In this document: piece by piece, positions 1-10,721 of the stretch
How the letters are laid out: every line of letters starts with the position of its first letter
Numbering within the stretch: the first letter of the stretch is position 1
DNA from: an uncultured Mycobacterium sp.
GTDB lineage: Bacteria > Actinomycetota > Actinomycetes > Mycobacteriales > Mycobacteriaceae
Direction: 5' to 3'
DNA: 59,296 nt
NCBI GenBank assembly: GCA_964498215.1
Contig: CAZCHU010000001.1
Span: 1 to 59,296 of the forward strand
Notes under the pieces: generated by a model
The model's database searches: none
Seen by the model: only the letters and a program-made list of their open reading frames with translations
What the model was told of the DNA's origin: nothing
Made by a program: the position numbers and the translations under genes

Positions 1-88
1 ATGGGTGCAGCTCGATATCGGCAATGACAGCCACGACCACCTGATCACCGCTGAGGAGCGATTCAACGTCGCAATGGCCAAGCAGTAG
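1..88 (+). CDS. 3' end of a hypothetical protein truncated by the window edge
   Basis: Frame from position 2 reads WVQLDIGNDSHDHLITAEERFNVAMAKQ with GC-rich third positions and ends at TAG 86-88, convergent with rlmN. Confidence 0.5.
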   Translation, partial: WVQLDIGNDSHDHLITAEERFNVAMAKQ

Positions 89-105
89 CGGCGCTGTCCC
101 TGGAG

Positions 106-1230
106 TTAACCCCCGGCTGCTAGTTGTCCACAGGCGGCAGCGATTTCGCGGCCCCGTGTGTCGCGGACCGTGCAGGACACCCCCCGTTCGCGGACGCGCC
201 TGACGAATTCGCGCTCAGCGGGTTTGGGGCTTGCGTCCCATTCGCTGCCCGGCGTCGGGTTGAGTGGGATCACGTTGACATGCGCGAGGGACCCGAGCGC
301 ACCATGGAGGCGCTTGCCGAGCAGGTCGGCCCGCCACGGCTGGTCGTTGATGTCGCGAATCAGCGCGTACTCGATCGACACCCGTCGACCGGTCACCTCG
401 GCGTAGTAGCGTGCCGCATCGAGCGTTTCACCGACGTTCCAGCGGTTGTTGACCGGCACCAGGGTGTCGCGCAGTTCGTCGTCGGGGGCGTGTAGTGAGA
501 GCGCCAGCGTCACGTTGAGTCGCTCGTCGGCGAGTTTGCGGATCGCCGGAGCCAGTCCGACGGTCGACACGGTGACCGAACGCGCCGAAATACCGAAGCC
601 GTTCGGCGGTGCCGCAATGATGCGGCGGACCGCCGGCAGCACCCGGTTGTAGTTTGCCAGAGGCTCGCCCATACCCATGAAGACGATGTTGGATAAGCGA
701 CCGCTGCGGGCATCGCCGTCCATGTCAAGGCTGCGCAGGTGTGCGCTCGCGCTGCGGACCTGCTCGAGAATCTCGGCCGTCGAGAGGTTGCGCGTGAGGC
801 CGCCTTGGCCGGTTGCGCAGAACGGGCACGCCATGCCACAGCCCGCCTGCGAGGAAATGCACACGGTGTTGCGGTCTGGGTAGCGCATGAGCACCGACTC
901 GAAGGTGGCCTGATCGACTGCGCGCCACAACACTTTTCGAGTCTCGCCGGCATCGCACTCGATCTCTCGCGCCACGTCGAGCAGCCGCGGGAACAACGCG
1001 TCGGAAACCTGCTCGCGCACCGCGGCAGGAAGGTCGGTCATCTGGCGTGGATCGGCGATCAACCGGCCGTAATACTGGTTGGCCAGCTGTTTGGCGCGGT
1101 ATCGCGGGAGGCTCAGCTCGGCGACCGCGGCGGCACGAGATGCCTCATCAAGGTCGGCGAAATGCCGCGGCGGCTTCGCACGCCGCGGCGGATCGAACAC
1201 CAACGGCAGCGCCGGTCGAGATCCAGACAT
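106..1230 (-). CDS. rlmN: 23S rRNA m2A2503 / tRNA methyltransferase RlmN (radical SAM)
   Basis: CxxxCxxC (CGMACPFC), MGMGEP and C-terminal AACGQL motifs. Confidence 0.97.
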   Translation of the reverse strand: MSGSRPALPLVFDPPRRAKPPRHFADLDEASRAAAVAELSLPRYRAKQLANQYYGRLIADPRQMTDLPAAVREQVSDALFPRLLDVAREIECDAGETRKVLWRAVDQATFESVLMRYPDRNTVCISSQAGCGMACPFCATGQGGLTRNLSTAEILEQVRSASAHLRSLDMDGDARSGRLSNIVFMGMGEPLANYNRVLPAVRRIIAAPPNGFGISARSVTVSTVGLAPAIRKLADERLNVTLALSLHAPDDELRDTLVPVNNRWNVGETLDAARYYAEVTGRRVSIEYALIRDINDQPWRADLLGKRLHGALGSLAHVNVIPLNPTPGSEWDASPKPAEREFVRRVRERGVSCTVRDTRGREIAAACGQLAAGG

Positions 1231-1281
1231 GAGTCCCGCCAGTATGTCACCCTGGCTGGAGTTCCCAGAGTCGGAGCCCGA

Positions 1282-2160
1282 TCACGCCAGCAGGGACAGC
1301 ACAATCCAGGTGGTCGCGGCGGACGGCAGCACCGAATCGAGTCGGTCCATCAGGCCACCGTGCCCGGGCAGCAGCGTACCCATGTCCTTGATGCCGAGGT
1401 CCCGCTTGACCTGGGATTCGACCAAGTCACCAAGCGTTGCGGTAACGACGAGCATCAGGCCGAGCGGCACCCCCACCCACGCCGGATTGTCGGTCAGGAA
1501 GTGCACCGCGAGTACCGCGGTGGTCACGCCGAGAACGAGGGACCCCGACAGCCCCTCCCATGACTTCTTCGGGCTGATCGCCGGCGCCATCGGGTGTTTA
1601 CCGAACAGCACCCCGGCGGTATAGCCGCCCACATCGGAACCGACGACGATCAGCATCAGGCAGGCCACCCGTCCAGCACCATCATCGGGGTAGATCAGCA
1701 ACGCACCGAAACTGCCGAACAGCGGCACCCAGGCGGCCACGAACACCGTCGTCGACATGTCACGCAGGTAGTTTTGCGGCGCACTGGACAATCCACCCGA
1801 TACCAGCCGCCAGATCATGCAGACCAGGACGGTCCCGCCGAACGCACCCAACGCACCTGCCGCACCGAACGGCCAGGTCAACCACACCATCGCCTGACCG
1901 CCGACGAGCAACGGCGCCAGCGGTATCGAGAAGCCACCTTCGCGAAGTCGACGTACGACTTCGTGGGTGGCCACCGCCATGGCAATGGCCACCACGGCGA
2001 CCCACACCCGTGGCGCGAACAGAAGAGTGGCGATAAGCATGCCACCCAGGCCCACGCCCACCGCGATCGCCGCGGGAAGGTTGCGTCCAGCCCGCGACGT
2101 CTTCGCCGTCGGCTTGTTTACCGGCTGCCCTGCCGCGGGAGTCGCTTGCTGATCGGCCAT
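1282..2160 (-). CDS. cdsA: phosphatidate cytidylyltransferase
   Basis: SPKKSWEG...KRDLGIKDMGTLLPGHGGLMDRLDS signature; hydrophobic; downstream of frr. Confidence 0.96.
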   Translation of the reverse strand: MADQQATPAAGQPVNKPTAKTSRAGRNLPAAIAVGVGLGGMLIATLLFAPRVWVAVVAIAMAVATHEVVRRLREGGFSIPLAPLLVGGQAMVWLTWPFGAAGALGAFGGTVLVCMIWRLVSGGLSSAPQNYLRDMSTTVFVAAWVPLFGSFGALLIYPDDGAGRVACLMLIVVGSDVGGYTAGVLFGKHPMAPAISPKKSWEGLSGSLVLGVTTAVLAVHFLTDNPAWVGVPLGLMLVVTATLGDLVESQVKRDLGIKDMGTLLPGHGGLMDRLDSVLPSAATTWIVLSLLA

Positions 2161-2161
2161 A

Positions 2162-2719
2162 TCAGACCTCCAACAGCTCGCCTTCTTTGTGTTTGACCAA
2201 CTCGTCGATCTGGTGCGTGTACTGGTGGGTGGTCTTTTCGAGGTCCTTCTCCGCGCGGATGACCTCGTCCTCTCCGGCGTCTCCGTCCTTCTTGATGCGG
2301 GTCAGCTCCTCCATCGCCTTGCGCCGAATACTGCGCACCGACACCTTGGCGTCCTCCCCCTTGGATTTGGCCTGCTTGACCAGCTCGCGTCGACGCTCCT
2401 CGGTCAGCTGAGGGATCGCGATGCGGATGACGTTCCCGTCGTTGGTCGGGTTGACCCCGAGATCGGAATTGCGGATCGCATCCTCGATATTGCGGAGTTG
2501 GTTGGCCTCGTAGGGCTTGATCACAACCAGCCGGGCCTCGGCCACATTGATGCTGGACAGCTGGGTGATCGGGGTGGCAGAACCGTAGTAGTCGATGTTG
2601 ATGCGATGGAACATGGCGGGGTTGGCGCGGCCGGTCCGAATCGACGCCAGGTCATCCTGGGCCACCGCCACGGCCTTCTCCATCTTCTCCTCGGCATCGA
2701 AGAGGGTTTCTTCGATCAC
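2162..2719 (-). CDS. frr: ribosome recycling factor
   Basis: IRTGRANP and [13 protein letters not shown]; the GTG at 2719 gives 185 aa with GGAG upstream (the track ORF is over-extended). Confidence 0.97.
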   Translation of the reverse strand: MIEETLFDAEEKMEKAVAVAQDDLASIRTGRANPAMFHRINIDYYGSATPITQLSSINVAEARLVVIKPYEANQLRNIEDAIRNSDLGVNPTNDGNVIRIAIPQLTEERRRELVKQAKSKGEDAKVSVRSIRRKAMEELTRIKKDGDAGEDEVIRAEKDLEKTTHQYTHQIDELVKHKEGELLEV

Positions 2720-2789
2720 TTGTGCTCTCCCGTCCCTTTCACTCGTTCTGAGCGCATCTCGTCGCCAGCGCTCGCCGGGACGCCCCCTG

Positions 2790-3545
2790 TCACGTGGTGA
2801 CCAGTGTTCCGATCTTCTCACCCGCGACCGCACGCGCGATATTGCCATCGGTGAGCAGATTGAAGACCAGGATCGGCATACCGTTATCCATGCACAAGCT
2901 GAAGGCTGTCGCATCGGCGACCTTGAGGCCCCGGTCGATGACCTCGCGGTGACTGATCGCAGTGAGCATCTCGGCGTCGGCATGCACCCGCGGGTCGGCG
3001 GTGAACACACCGTCGACCGCTTTCGCCATCAGCACGACGTCCGCGCCGATCTCCAGCGCACGCTGCGCGGCCGTGGTGTCGGTGGAGAAGTACGGTAGCC
3101 CCATACCCGCTCCGAAGATGACGACGCGTCCCTTCTCCAGATGCCTTCGGGCCCGCAACGGAAGATAGGGTTCGGCCACCTGGCCCATGGTGATAGCGGT
3201 CTGCACCCGGGTCTGGATGCCTTCTTTTTCCAAGAAATCTTGCAGCGCAAGGCTGTTCATCACGGTGCCGAGCATGCCCATGTAATCCGAGCGGGTACGT
3301 TCCATCCCCCGATGCTGTAGTTGCTCGCCACGGAAGAAGTTGCCGCCGCCGATGACGACGGCGACCTGGGCGCCACTGCGCACCACCTCGGCGATCTGGC
3401 GAGCGACCAATGCGACCACGTCGGGATCGAGGCCAACCTGTCCGCCACCAAACATCTCGCCGCCAAGCTTGAGCAATACGCGGGAGTAGGCCGGTCTGAT
3501 CAGGGACGACGAGCCGGCGCCGTTTGAACTGGTGGATTCCGCCAT
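2790..3545 (-). CDS. pyrH: UMP kinase
   Basis: [23 protein letters not shown] and PYFSTDT motifs. Confidence 0.97.
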   Translation of the reverse strand: MAESTSSNGAGSSSLIRPAYSRVLLKLGGEMFGGGQVGLDPDVVALVARQIAEVVRSGAQVAVVIGGGNFFRGEQLQHRGMERTRSDYMGMLGTVMNSLALQDFLEKEGIQTRVQTAITMGQVAEPYLPLRARRHLEKGRVVIFGAGMGLPYFSTDTTAAQRALEIGADVVLMAKAVDGVFTADPRVHADAEMLTAISHREVIDRGLKVADATAFSLCMDNGMPILVFNLLTDGNIARAVAGEKIGTLVTT

Positions 3546-3692
3546 CCGACTCCTTCACCGTCCTCGCATGCAGTCGCCGCCCGTGGAGTGTCTCTGAACA
3601 GCTGCGCGGCTCTGCTAATCCTGCCTCATCGCAGCCACCGGACCGCCTCGGGGTGCCTGTTGACCCGCCGTCGCTACCCGGCGCTGCCGGAT

Positions 3693-5111
3693 TCAGCCCT
3701 GAATCCGCCGCCAGGGTCGGGCTTCCTCGAGCTCGTAGGCCAACTGCAACAGCCGGGCATCCTGTCCGACGGCAGCTGAGAACATCATTCCGACCGGCAG
3801 CCCGGAGGCGGAATGGGCCAGCGGCAACGATATGGATGGCTCGCCCGTCGCGTTCTGCAGCGGGGTGAACGCGACCCACTCGACGAGCCGGTCGATGATC
3901 TGTTGGTACTCCTCCGTCGGATCGAGGTGACCGATGCGCGGAGTAACGTCGGCCAGCGTCGGCGTCAGCAGGACGTCATAGTTCGTCGCCGTGCGCGCCG
4001 TGACTTGGCGTAACCGGGCTAGCCGCGCGATCGCCAAGGGCAGCCGGTGCACGTTGCGCGCCGCGTGCTGCTCGAGGCCCAGCGTGAGATTGTCCAGCTT
4101 GTTGCGATCGAAAGTCTCCCCGAAGGTGCGGCGACCACCCCGCACCAGAGCGAAGGCCAGAAACGACCAGTACAGCAGGAAATCCTCCATGAACCGATGC
4201 GGCACCGGGTTGTCGATCACGCTGACCCGATGGCCGAGCTCCTCGAGTAGAGCGGAAGTCTCGAACGTCAGCTCGCTCACCTCGCGGCTGGCCTCGCGGG
4301 CAACCGAGTGGGTGCATACCGCGATATGCAGGCGCTGCTTACCGGCTCGGGTGACATCGCCGACGGGCGGCAACTTCGGGTTGGCCGACACCCGCTCCAT
4401 CTCGCGGTAGAACGCGGCGGTGTCGCGGACCGACCGGGTGAGGACACCGTTGTGGACGATGCGCAGCGGCATCAACCGCATGTCCCGGTCGAGCGGAAGC
4501 CGCCCCCGGGAGGGTTTCAGGCCGACCAAACCGTTGCAGGAAGCGGGGATTCGAATCGATCCACCACCGTCGTTGGCGTGTGCGATCGGCACAACTCCGG
4601 CGGCCACGAACGCACCCGAACCTGACGACGAGGCGCCGGCGGTGTGTTCGGTGTGCCAGGGATTGCGCACCGGCCCGAGCCGCGGATGCTCGGCCGAGGC
4701 GCTGAAGCCGAACTCCGAGAGACGAGTCTTACCCAGTGGCACCAGGCCCGTGCTGAGATATGCGCGGGCGAAGTCGCCATCGGTGTCCGCTGGTCGCGGA
4801 TCCCAAGCATCCGTGCCGCTCATCGTCGGCATTCCGGCGACGGCGACGTTGTCCTTGATGAACGTCGGCACCCCGTCGAAGTAGCCGCCGTACGGTTGAC
4901 GCAACTCACCGCGGGCCCTGGCACTGTCGAACGCCTCGTAGGCCAGACCGTTGAGGGCGGGGTTGACCGCCTCGGCGCGGTTGATCGCCGCCTCGATGAT
5001 CTCGCCCGCCGACACCGTGCCGGCCCGCAACGCATTCACTACGCCGACGGCGTCGAGGTCTCCCAGTGCATCCCCGGAAGAATCTTCACCGAAGGCATGG
5101 ACGCTGTTCAT
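3693..5111 (-). CDS. amidase (amidase-signature family, AmiC/Rv2888c-like)
   Basis: IKDN lysine, GASSSGS and DGGGSIRIPAS catalytic motifs; position between pyrH and tsf. Confidence 0.9.
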   Translation of the reverse strand: MNSVHAFGEDSSGDALGDLDAVGVVNALRAGTVSAGEIIEAAINRAEAVNPALNGLAYEAFDSARARGELRQPYGGYFDGVPTFIKDNVAVAGMPTMSGTDAWDPRPADTDGDFARAYLSTGLVPLGKTRLSEFGFSASAEHPRLGPVRNPWHTEHTAGASSSGSGAFVAAGVVPIAHANDGGGSIRIPASCNGLVGLKPSRGRLPLDRDMRLMPLRIVHNGVLTRSVRDTAAFYREMERVSANPKLPPVGDVTRAGKQRLHIAVCTHSVAREASREVSELTFETSALLEELGHRVSVIDNPVPHRFMEDFLLYWSFLAFALVRGGRRTFGETFDRNKLDNLTLGLEQHAARNVHRLPLAIARLARLRQVTARTATNYDVLLTPTLADVTPRIGHLDPTEEYQQIIDRLVEWVAFTPLQNATGEPSISLPLAHSASGLPVGMMFSAAVGQDARLLQLAYELEEARPWRRIQG

Positions 5112-5114
5112 GCG

Positions 5115-5142
5115 CCTGACGGTACCAGAGCGTACCGCCAGG
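5115..5142 (-). terminator. stem-loop downstream of tsf (probable intrinsic terminator)
   Basis: Minus-strand CCTGGCGGTAC-gctctg-GTACCGTCAGG, an 11-bp stem with one G-U pair, about 24 nt after the tsf stop; no U-tract. Confidence 0.55.
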
Positions 5143-5165
5143 GCTCCCGCGGTACGCCGAGCGGG

Positions 5166-5996
5166 TTAAGCCTGTCCGACCTCGAAGCGGACGAACCGCG
5201 TCAAGGTCACGCCGGCCTCGTCGAGCTGCGCCTTGACTGACTTCTTGTTGTCCGACACCGAAGGCTGATCGAGCAGCACGACGTCCTTGTAGAAGCCGGT
5301 CACCCGACCTTCGATGATCTTGGGCAGCGCCTGCTCCGGCTTGCCCTCGTTACGGGCGGTCTCCTCGGCGATGCGCCGCTCGTTGGCCACAACGTCGTCC
5401 GGCACGTCCTCACGGGTGAGGTAGCGGGCCTTCAGCGCAGCGATCTGCAGGGCGACCGCGTGGGCAGCCGCCTTGGCCTGATCCGCGTCGGCACCGGCGA
5501 CGTACTCGACCAGCACACCCACCGCAGGCGGCAAGTCGGCCGCGCGTTTGTGCAGATAGGTCTCGGTAGCACCGTCGAAGTAGGCGACGCGGCGCAATTC
5601 CAGCTTCTCACCGATCTTCGCCGACAGGTCGGCGATGGCCTGCTCGACAGTGCTGTCCCCGACCTTGGCTGCCTTGAGCGCGTCGACATCAGTCGCCTTC
5701 GAGGCGGCTGCGGCGGCCACGATCTGGTCGGCGACCGCCTGGAACTCGGCGTTCTTGGCGACGAAATCGGTCTCGGAGTTGAGCTCGATGAGCGCGCCGT
5801 CTTTCGCCGCCACCAGACCCTCGGCGGTGGCGCGCTCGGCACGCTTGCCAACGTCCTTGGCACCCTTGATACGCAGCAGTTCGACGGCCTTGTCGAAGTC
5901 GCCGCCAGAGTCGACGAGCGCGTTCTTCGAGTCCAGCATTCCGGCGCCGGTCAGCTCCCGGAGCCGCTTGACGTCCGCGGCGGTGTAGTTGGCCAT
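5166..5996 (-). CDS. tsf: elongation factor Ts
   Basis: [20 protein letters not shown] and [12 protein letters not shown]. Confidence 0.98.
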   Translation of the reverse strand: MANYTAADVKRLRELTGAGMLDSKNALVDSGGDFDKAVELLRIKGAKDVGKRAERATAEGLVAAKDGALIELNSETDFVAKNAEFQAVADQIVAAAAASKATDVDALKAAKVGDSTVEQAIADLSAKIGEKLELRRVAYFDGATETYLHKRAADLPPAVGVLVEYVAGADADQAKAAAHAVALQIAALKARYLTREDVPDDVVANERRIAEETARNEGKPEQALPKIIEGRVTGFYKDVVLLDQPSVSDNKKSVKAQLDEAGVTLTRFVRFEVGQA

Positions 5997-5998
5997 GC

Positions 5999-6844
5999 TC
6001 AGCCTTCCGTGACGGTGACGGTGACGTTGGTGGACTCGTCGGCGACCGGGCCCGGCTCGGTCGGAGCCGCGTCGATGGCCGCGCTGGCCAACAACTCCTG
6101 TTCCCACTCGGCCAGCGGCTCGGCGGCGGCAGCGGGCTTGTCGGCAGCACCCGCGCCGCTGCGCGCCTGCAGACCCTCGGCGACCGCCGAAGCCACCACC
6201 TTGGTCAACAGCGCCGCCGAGCGGATGGCGTCGTCATTGCCCGGAATCGGGTAGTCGACGAAATCGGGATCGCAATTGGTGTCCAGGATCGCGATGATCG
6301 GGATGTTCAGCTTGCGAGCCTCCGCGACAGCGAGGTGCTCCTTGTTGGTGTCGACGACCCAGATGGCCGATGGCACCTTCTGCATGTCCCGGATACCACC
6401 CAGGGACCGCTCCAGTTTGTTCTTCTCGCGGGTCAGCATCAGGATTTCCTTCTTGGTGCGACCCTCGAAACCACCGGTCTGCTCCATCGCCTCAAGCTCC
6501 TTGAGACGCTGCAGGCGCTTGTGCACGGTGGAGAAGTTGGTGAGCATGCCACCCAGCCAGCGCTGGTTCACATACGGCATGCCGACGCGGGTGGCCTCCT
6601 CGGCGATGGACTCCTGCGCCTGTTTCTTGGTGCCGACGAACATGATGGACCCGCCGTGCGCAACGGTCTCCTTGACGAACTCGTACGCCTTGTCGATGTA
6701 GGTCAGCGTCTGCTGCAGGTCGATGATGTAGATGCCGTTGCGGTCGGTGAAGATGAACCGCTTCATCTTGGGATTCCAGCGCCGGGTCTGATGCCCAAAG
6801 TGGGCGCCGCTGTCCAGCAGCTGCTTCATGGTTACAACAGCCAT
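5999..6844 (-). CDS. rpsB: 30S ribosomal protein S2
   Basis: [27 protein letters not shown] and PGNDDAIRS. Confidence 0.98.
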   Translation of the reverse strand: MAVVTMKQLLDSGAHFGHQTRRWNPKMKRFIFTDRNGIYIIDLQQTLTYIDKAYEFVKETVAHGGSIMFVGTKKQAQESIAEEATRVGMPYVNQRWLGGMLTNFSTVHKRLQRLKELEAMEQTGGFEGRTKKEILMLTREKNKLERSLGGIRDMQKVPSAIWVVDTNKEHLAVAEARKLNIPIIAILDTNCDPDFVDYPIPGNDDAIRSAALLTKVVASAVAEGLQARSGAGAADKPAAAAEPLAEWEQELLASAAIDAAPTEPGPVADESTNVTVTVTEG

Positions 6845-7043
6845 AGTGATGTAGCTCGGCCTTCTCTTGTTCGGTTGGTCGCGCAGCGTCGGGTGACGCC
6901 GAGCCCTGGTGCCTGCTGGTTGCCGGACTCGTTCCGAGAGGCTCGGGCACGAGACCGCCGACATCCGGGCGTGACCACCAGTGGGTGGCCCTGTGCAGAC
7001 ACGCGAAGTCAGCCCGCAGTTGCGAGCTGCGGAAGAGAGTTTA
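6845..7043 (-). promoter_or_regulatory. rpsB-tsf promoter (-10 TAAACT) and long 5' leader
   Basis: TAAACT on the minus strand at 7038-7043, leaving a GC-rich leader of about 185 nt. Confidence 0.45.
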
Positions 7044-7140
7044 CACGCTGAGGAGGCAGCCTTTCACCATCGCGACCGCCATCCACAGGCCAGCCGATTC
7101 AGCCTGGCGGATGGACGCCTTCGTCCGCTGAACTGGCGTT

Positions 7141-7629
7141 ATGCGAATCCTCGCGGCAATCACGACCGTAACGGTGCTGTGCGCGGTCCCAGCCTCGGCA
7201 TCGGTCGGACGCCTCGATTGGCCGTTGCGACCTCGTCCACAGGTCATCGGTGCATTCGACGCTCCCTCCCCCAACTGGAAGCGGGGCCACCGCGGCGTCG
7301 ACCTGGCCGCGACCGCCGGGCAGCCGGTCCATGCCGCGGGTCCGGGCACTGTGGTGTTCGCGGGTGAGCTCGCGGGCCGCTCGCTGGTGTCGATCGCCCA
7401 TCCGGGCGGTCTGCGCACCAGCTATGAGCCGGTCCAACCCGTGGTACGGCAAGGTCAGACGGTGCAGCGCGGCACCGTCATCGGCGACCTGGCGGCAGGC
7501 CACCCCGGCTGCGCGGCCCCCGCCTGCCTGCACTGGGGTGCAATGTGGGGTCCAGCCGCGCGGGCCGACTACGTCAACCCGCTGGGTCTGCTGGCAAGCA
7601 CCCCGATGCGGCTCAAGCCGCTGCGCTGA
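7141..7629 (+). CDS. M23-family peptidase domain protein (Rv2891-like)
   Basis: Signal peptide, HRGVDL and CLHWG motifs; divergent from rpsB. Confidence 0.85.
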   Translation: MRILAAITTVTVLCAVPASASVGRLDWPLRPRPQVIGAFDAPSPNWKRGHRGVDLAATAGQPVHAAGPGTVVFAGELAGRSLVSIAHPGGLRTSYEPVQPVVRQGQTVQRGTVIGDLAAGHPGCAAPACLHWGAMWGPAARADYVNPLGLLASTPMRLKPLR

Positions 7630-7693
7630 TTCGCAGCGCAAAGTTCGAGCACTTGCCCGCCCTAGTGCCTTGGTGGTCAGCGAGGCGCGCGAA

Positions 7694-8596
7694 CTATGCC
7701 CGCGGATGGGCCTGATCGTGCACGGCGCGAAGCCGGGCCACCGACACGTGGGTGTAGAGCTGCGTGGTCGCCAAGCTGGAATGCCCGAGCAATTCCTGCA
7801 CGACCCGCAGGTCAGCACCGCCCTCGAGCAGGTGGGTCGCGGCGCTGTGCCGCAGGCCGTGCGGGCCGATGTCGGGCGCCCCGCTAACGGCCGCCATCGT
7901 TTGGTGCACGACCGTGCGGGCCTGCCGCGGCCCCAGCCGCCCACCGCGGGCACCAAGCAGTAGGGCGGCGCCTGAGGCCGCAGTGGCCAGATGCGGCCGC
8001 CCGTCGGAGAGCCATGCCGTCAGCGCGGCATGGGCGGGTTCTCCAAAGGGGACTGTGCGCTGCTTGTTGCCCTTGCCCAGCACGCGTAGCAGCTTGCGGG
8101 AGGTATCGACGTCATCGATGTCCAGTCCGCACAATTCACTTACCCGGATACCGGTGGCGTAGAGCATCTCGACGATCAATCGGTCTCGCAACGCGATCGG
8201 ATCCCCCTGTTGGGCACCGGATTTCGCAGCATCCATCGCGTCGCCCGCTTGGTCTTGGCGCAGCACCGCAGGAAGGGTGCGGCGCGCCTTGGGCACCTGA
8301 AGACGGGTCGCCGGATCCTCGGATATCAACCCTTGCCGCACCGCCCACGCGGTGAACGTCTTGACCGCGGAGGTGCGACGGGCCAAGGTGGCGCGGGCGG
8401 TTCCGGTGGAAGCCTGGGCGGCCAGCCAGGAGCGCAGCACCGGCAGCGTCAAACTCCCCAACCCGGAGCCGGGGGCACGCTGAGCCAGGAAGTCCAACAG
8501 CGAACGCAGGTCGCCGAGATAGGCGCGACGAGTGTGCTCCGAACGGCCGCGCTGCAGTGCCAGGTACTCGTCGAACTCCTCGAGGATGGCGTCCAC
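7694..8596 (-). CDS. xerC: tyrosine recombinase XerC
   Basis: [43 protein letters not shown]; conserved chromosomal position; GTG start at 8596. Confidence 0.93.
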   Translation of the reverse strand: MDAILEEFDEYLALQRGRSEHTRRAYLGDLRSLLDFLAQRAPGSGLGSLTLPVLRSWLAAQASTGTARATLARRTSAVKTFTAWAVRQGLISEDPATRLQVPKARRTLPAVLRQDQAGDAMDAAKSGAQQGDPIALRDRLIVEMLYATGIRVSELCGLDIDDVDTSRKLLRVLGKGNKQRTVPFGEPAHAALTAWLSDGRPHLATAASGAALLLGARGGRLGPRQARTVVHQTMAAVSGAPDIGPHGLRHSAATHLLEGGADLRVVQELLGHSSLATTQLYTHVSVARLRAVHDQAHPRA

Positions 8597-8628
8597 CGCT
8601 ATACCGTGGCAGACCACAGCGGCCCGGT

Positions 8629-9789
8629 TCAGGTGACGCGCCGCAGCGTGTCCGGTGTCAGGTCCGCCAACGTGGGATAGCCGTCGACCGCCATGATGAG
8701 GTCTGTCTCGGCCAGCAGCGACCGCAGCACGTGCACGATGCCGTCCTCACCGCCGATTGCCAGCCCATAGGTGTACGGCCTGCCAATGCCCACCGCGGTG
8801 GCGCCCAAGGCCAGCGCCTTGACGATGTCGGCGCCGCTACGGATACCCGAATCGAAGAGCACGGGCATGCCGTCGGCCGCCTCGACCACACCGGGCAGGC
8901 AGTCGATCGCGGGCAACCCGCCGTTGGCTTGGCGACCACCGTGGGTCGAGCAGTAGATGCCGTCGACGCCGCCGTCACGCGCGCGCCGCACGTCGTCGGG
9001 GTGGCAGATTCCCTTGAGTACCAGCGGAAGATCGGTCAACGACCGCAGCCATGGCAGGTCCTCCCAGGTCAGCGGGTTCCCGAATAGCTGCACCCACTGC
9101 AGCACGGCGGCCTGCTTGTTCTCCTCCGGAGGCTGGGACAGCAAAGCACGAAAGACCGGGTCGCTGGTGTAGTTCGCCAGGCAGTGCCCACGCAATTGCG
9201 GAAAGTTGGACGTCGCGAGATCCCGGGGACGCCAGCCCGGGATCCAGGTGTCCAAGGTCACGATGATCGCCTTGTACCCGGCGGTCTCGGCACGGCTGAC
9301 CAGACTGGCAGCCAGGTCACGGTCGGTTGGCGTGTAGAGCTGAAAAAACCCTGGGGTGTCACCGAACTCGGCCGCGATGTCCTCAAGTGGGTCTTCGGTG
9401 AGCGTGGATACCGCCATCGGAACCCCGGTGCGGGCGGCTGCGCGGGCAGCGGCCACGTCGCCATGGCCGTTCTGTGCACAGATGCCGATGACGCCGACCG
9501 GCGCCATGAAAAGCGGCGACGGTAACGACATCCCGAACAGATCGACGGTCAGGTCCCGCTCCCTGGCACCGACCAGCATCCGGGGCATGAGTCCCCAGCG
9601 GTCGAAGGCAGTCCGGTTGAGTCGCTGGGTGTTCTCGTCACCGGCACCGCCCGCGACATACGACCAGATCGAGGACGGCATGGCGACCTCGGCTTTGGCC
9701 TCCCATCCGGCGTAATCCATCGGAAGCGACGGGAGCACGCCCGAAAGGCCCTGTAGGTAGATTTCGAGCTGGTAGTTACCGAAGGTCAT
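8629..9789 (-). CDS. FMN-dependent alpha-hydroxy acid oxidase / lactate 2-monooxygenase-like
   Basis: [26 protein letters not shown] and LKGI motifs. Confidence 0.9.
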   Translation of the reverse strand: MTFGNYQLEIYLQGLSGVLPSLPMDYAGWEAKAEVAMPSSIWSYVAGGAGDENTQRLNRTAFDRWGLMPRMLVGARERDLTVDLFGMSLPSPLFMAPVGVIGICAQNGHGDVAAARAAARTGVPMAVSTLTEDPLEDIAAEFGDTPGFFQLYTPTDRDLAASLVSRAETAGYKAIIVTLDTWIPGWRPRDLATSNFPQLRGHCLANYTSDPVFRALLSQPPEENKQAAVLQWVQLFGNPLTWEDLPWLRSLTDLPLVLKGICHPDDVRRARDGGVDGIYCSTHGGRQANGGLPAIDCLPGVVEAADGMPVLFDSGIRSGADIVKALALGATAVGIGRPYTYGLAIGGEDGIVHVLRSLLAETDLIMAVDGYPTLADLTPDTLRRVT

Positions 9790-9825
9790 GGCTTAAGGGT
9801 GCCATTGGCACCGGGCCCGACACTG

Positions 9826-10671
9826 CTATTTCGCCTCGGACTGGGCCAACTCGCGTTTCCACTGCCGGAACGTCTCCTCGGTGCGGCCCCGGCGCCAGTA
9901 TCCGGAGATCGATCCGGCCCACTCGACGGCGACACCACGCTCCTTGCGGATATAGGGCCGCAGATTGTGCATGACGGCTTGGGCCTCACCGTGGATGAAC
10001 ACCTGGACCTGCCCCGGCAACCAGACCGCTTCTTTGACCGCGGCGATCAGCGGTGCGCGATCACCGGCGCGGTCGTCTCCGACGAGGTCCGCGCGTCCGC
10101 CACGATGAATCCACGCCACCTCGACTCCGGCCGGTGCGGACAGCTCTATTTCGTCCTCGGGTCCGGCCACCTCGACAAAGACCTTGCCGATCGCGTTGTC
10201 GGGCAAGGCTTCCAGCGCGGCGCCGATCGCGGGGAGGGCGGCCTCGTCGCCGGCCAGCAGGTGCCAATCGGCGGCAGGATTAGGCGCATACGCGCCGTTA
10301 GGACCCATGACGAACATCCGCTTGCCCGGCGCGACCGAGGCCACCCACGCACTTGCGACGCCCTGGTCGCCGTGCACGACGAAGTCGATGGTGATCTCGC
10401 GCCGCTGGGCATCGGCACGGCGCACCGTGAAAGTACGCACGGTGTGGTCCACCACCTGGAAGCTGTCCAGCGTCAACGGCTGTTCCAGAGACCCCACATC
10501 GACGGTGTCATCCACGAATATCAGCTTCACGTAGGCGTCTGTGCTGCCGATCGGGGTGAACGTGTCGAAACCCGTCCCGTCTCCCGCCCCGCCGAGCACA
10601 ACCCGGACCATATGTGGCGTCAGCTGGTCGGCGCGCACCACCTCGAACGTATGCACGGGACGTCCCGCCAC
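9826..10671 (-). CDS. viuB: siderophore-interacting protein (ViuB-like FAD reductase)
   Basis: RTFTVR, IDFVVHG, LAGDEAALPAI and SGYWRRG. Confidence 0.88.
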   Translation of the reverse strand: MAGRPVHTFEVVRADQLTPHMVRVVLGGAGDGTGFDTFTPIGSTDAYVKLIFVDDTVDVGSLEQPLTLDSFQVVDHTVRTFTVRRADAQRREITIDFVVHGDQGVASAWVASVAPGKRMFVMGPNGAYAPNPAADWHLLAGDEAALPAIGAALEALPDNAIGKVFVEVAGPEDEIELSAPAGVEVAWIHRGGRADLVGDDRAGDRAPLIAAVKEAVWLPGQVQVFIHGEAQAVMHNLRPYIRKERGVAVEWAGSISGYWRRGRTEETFRQWKRELAQSEAK

Positions 10672-10721
10672 TTCAAACCATCCTTCGTCGCGCGGATACC
10701 CTCTCGACTATACGAGCGGGG

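Noticed and set aside
7694-8596. Tyrosine recombinase as a prophage or ICE integrase
   Set aside because: Sequence and position match housekeeping XerC; no att repeats, tRNA or phage genes nearby
10672-10721. IdeR box upstream of viuB
   Set aside because: No convincing match to the 19-bp consensus
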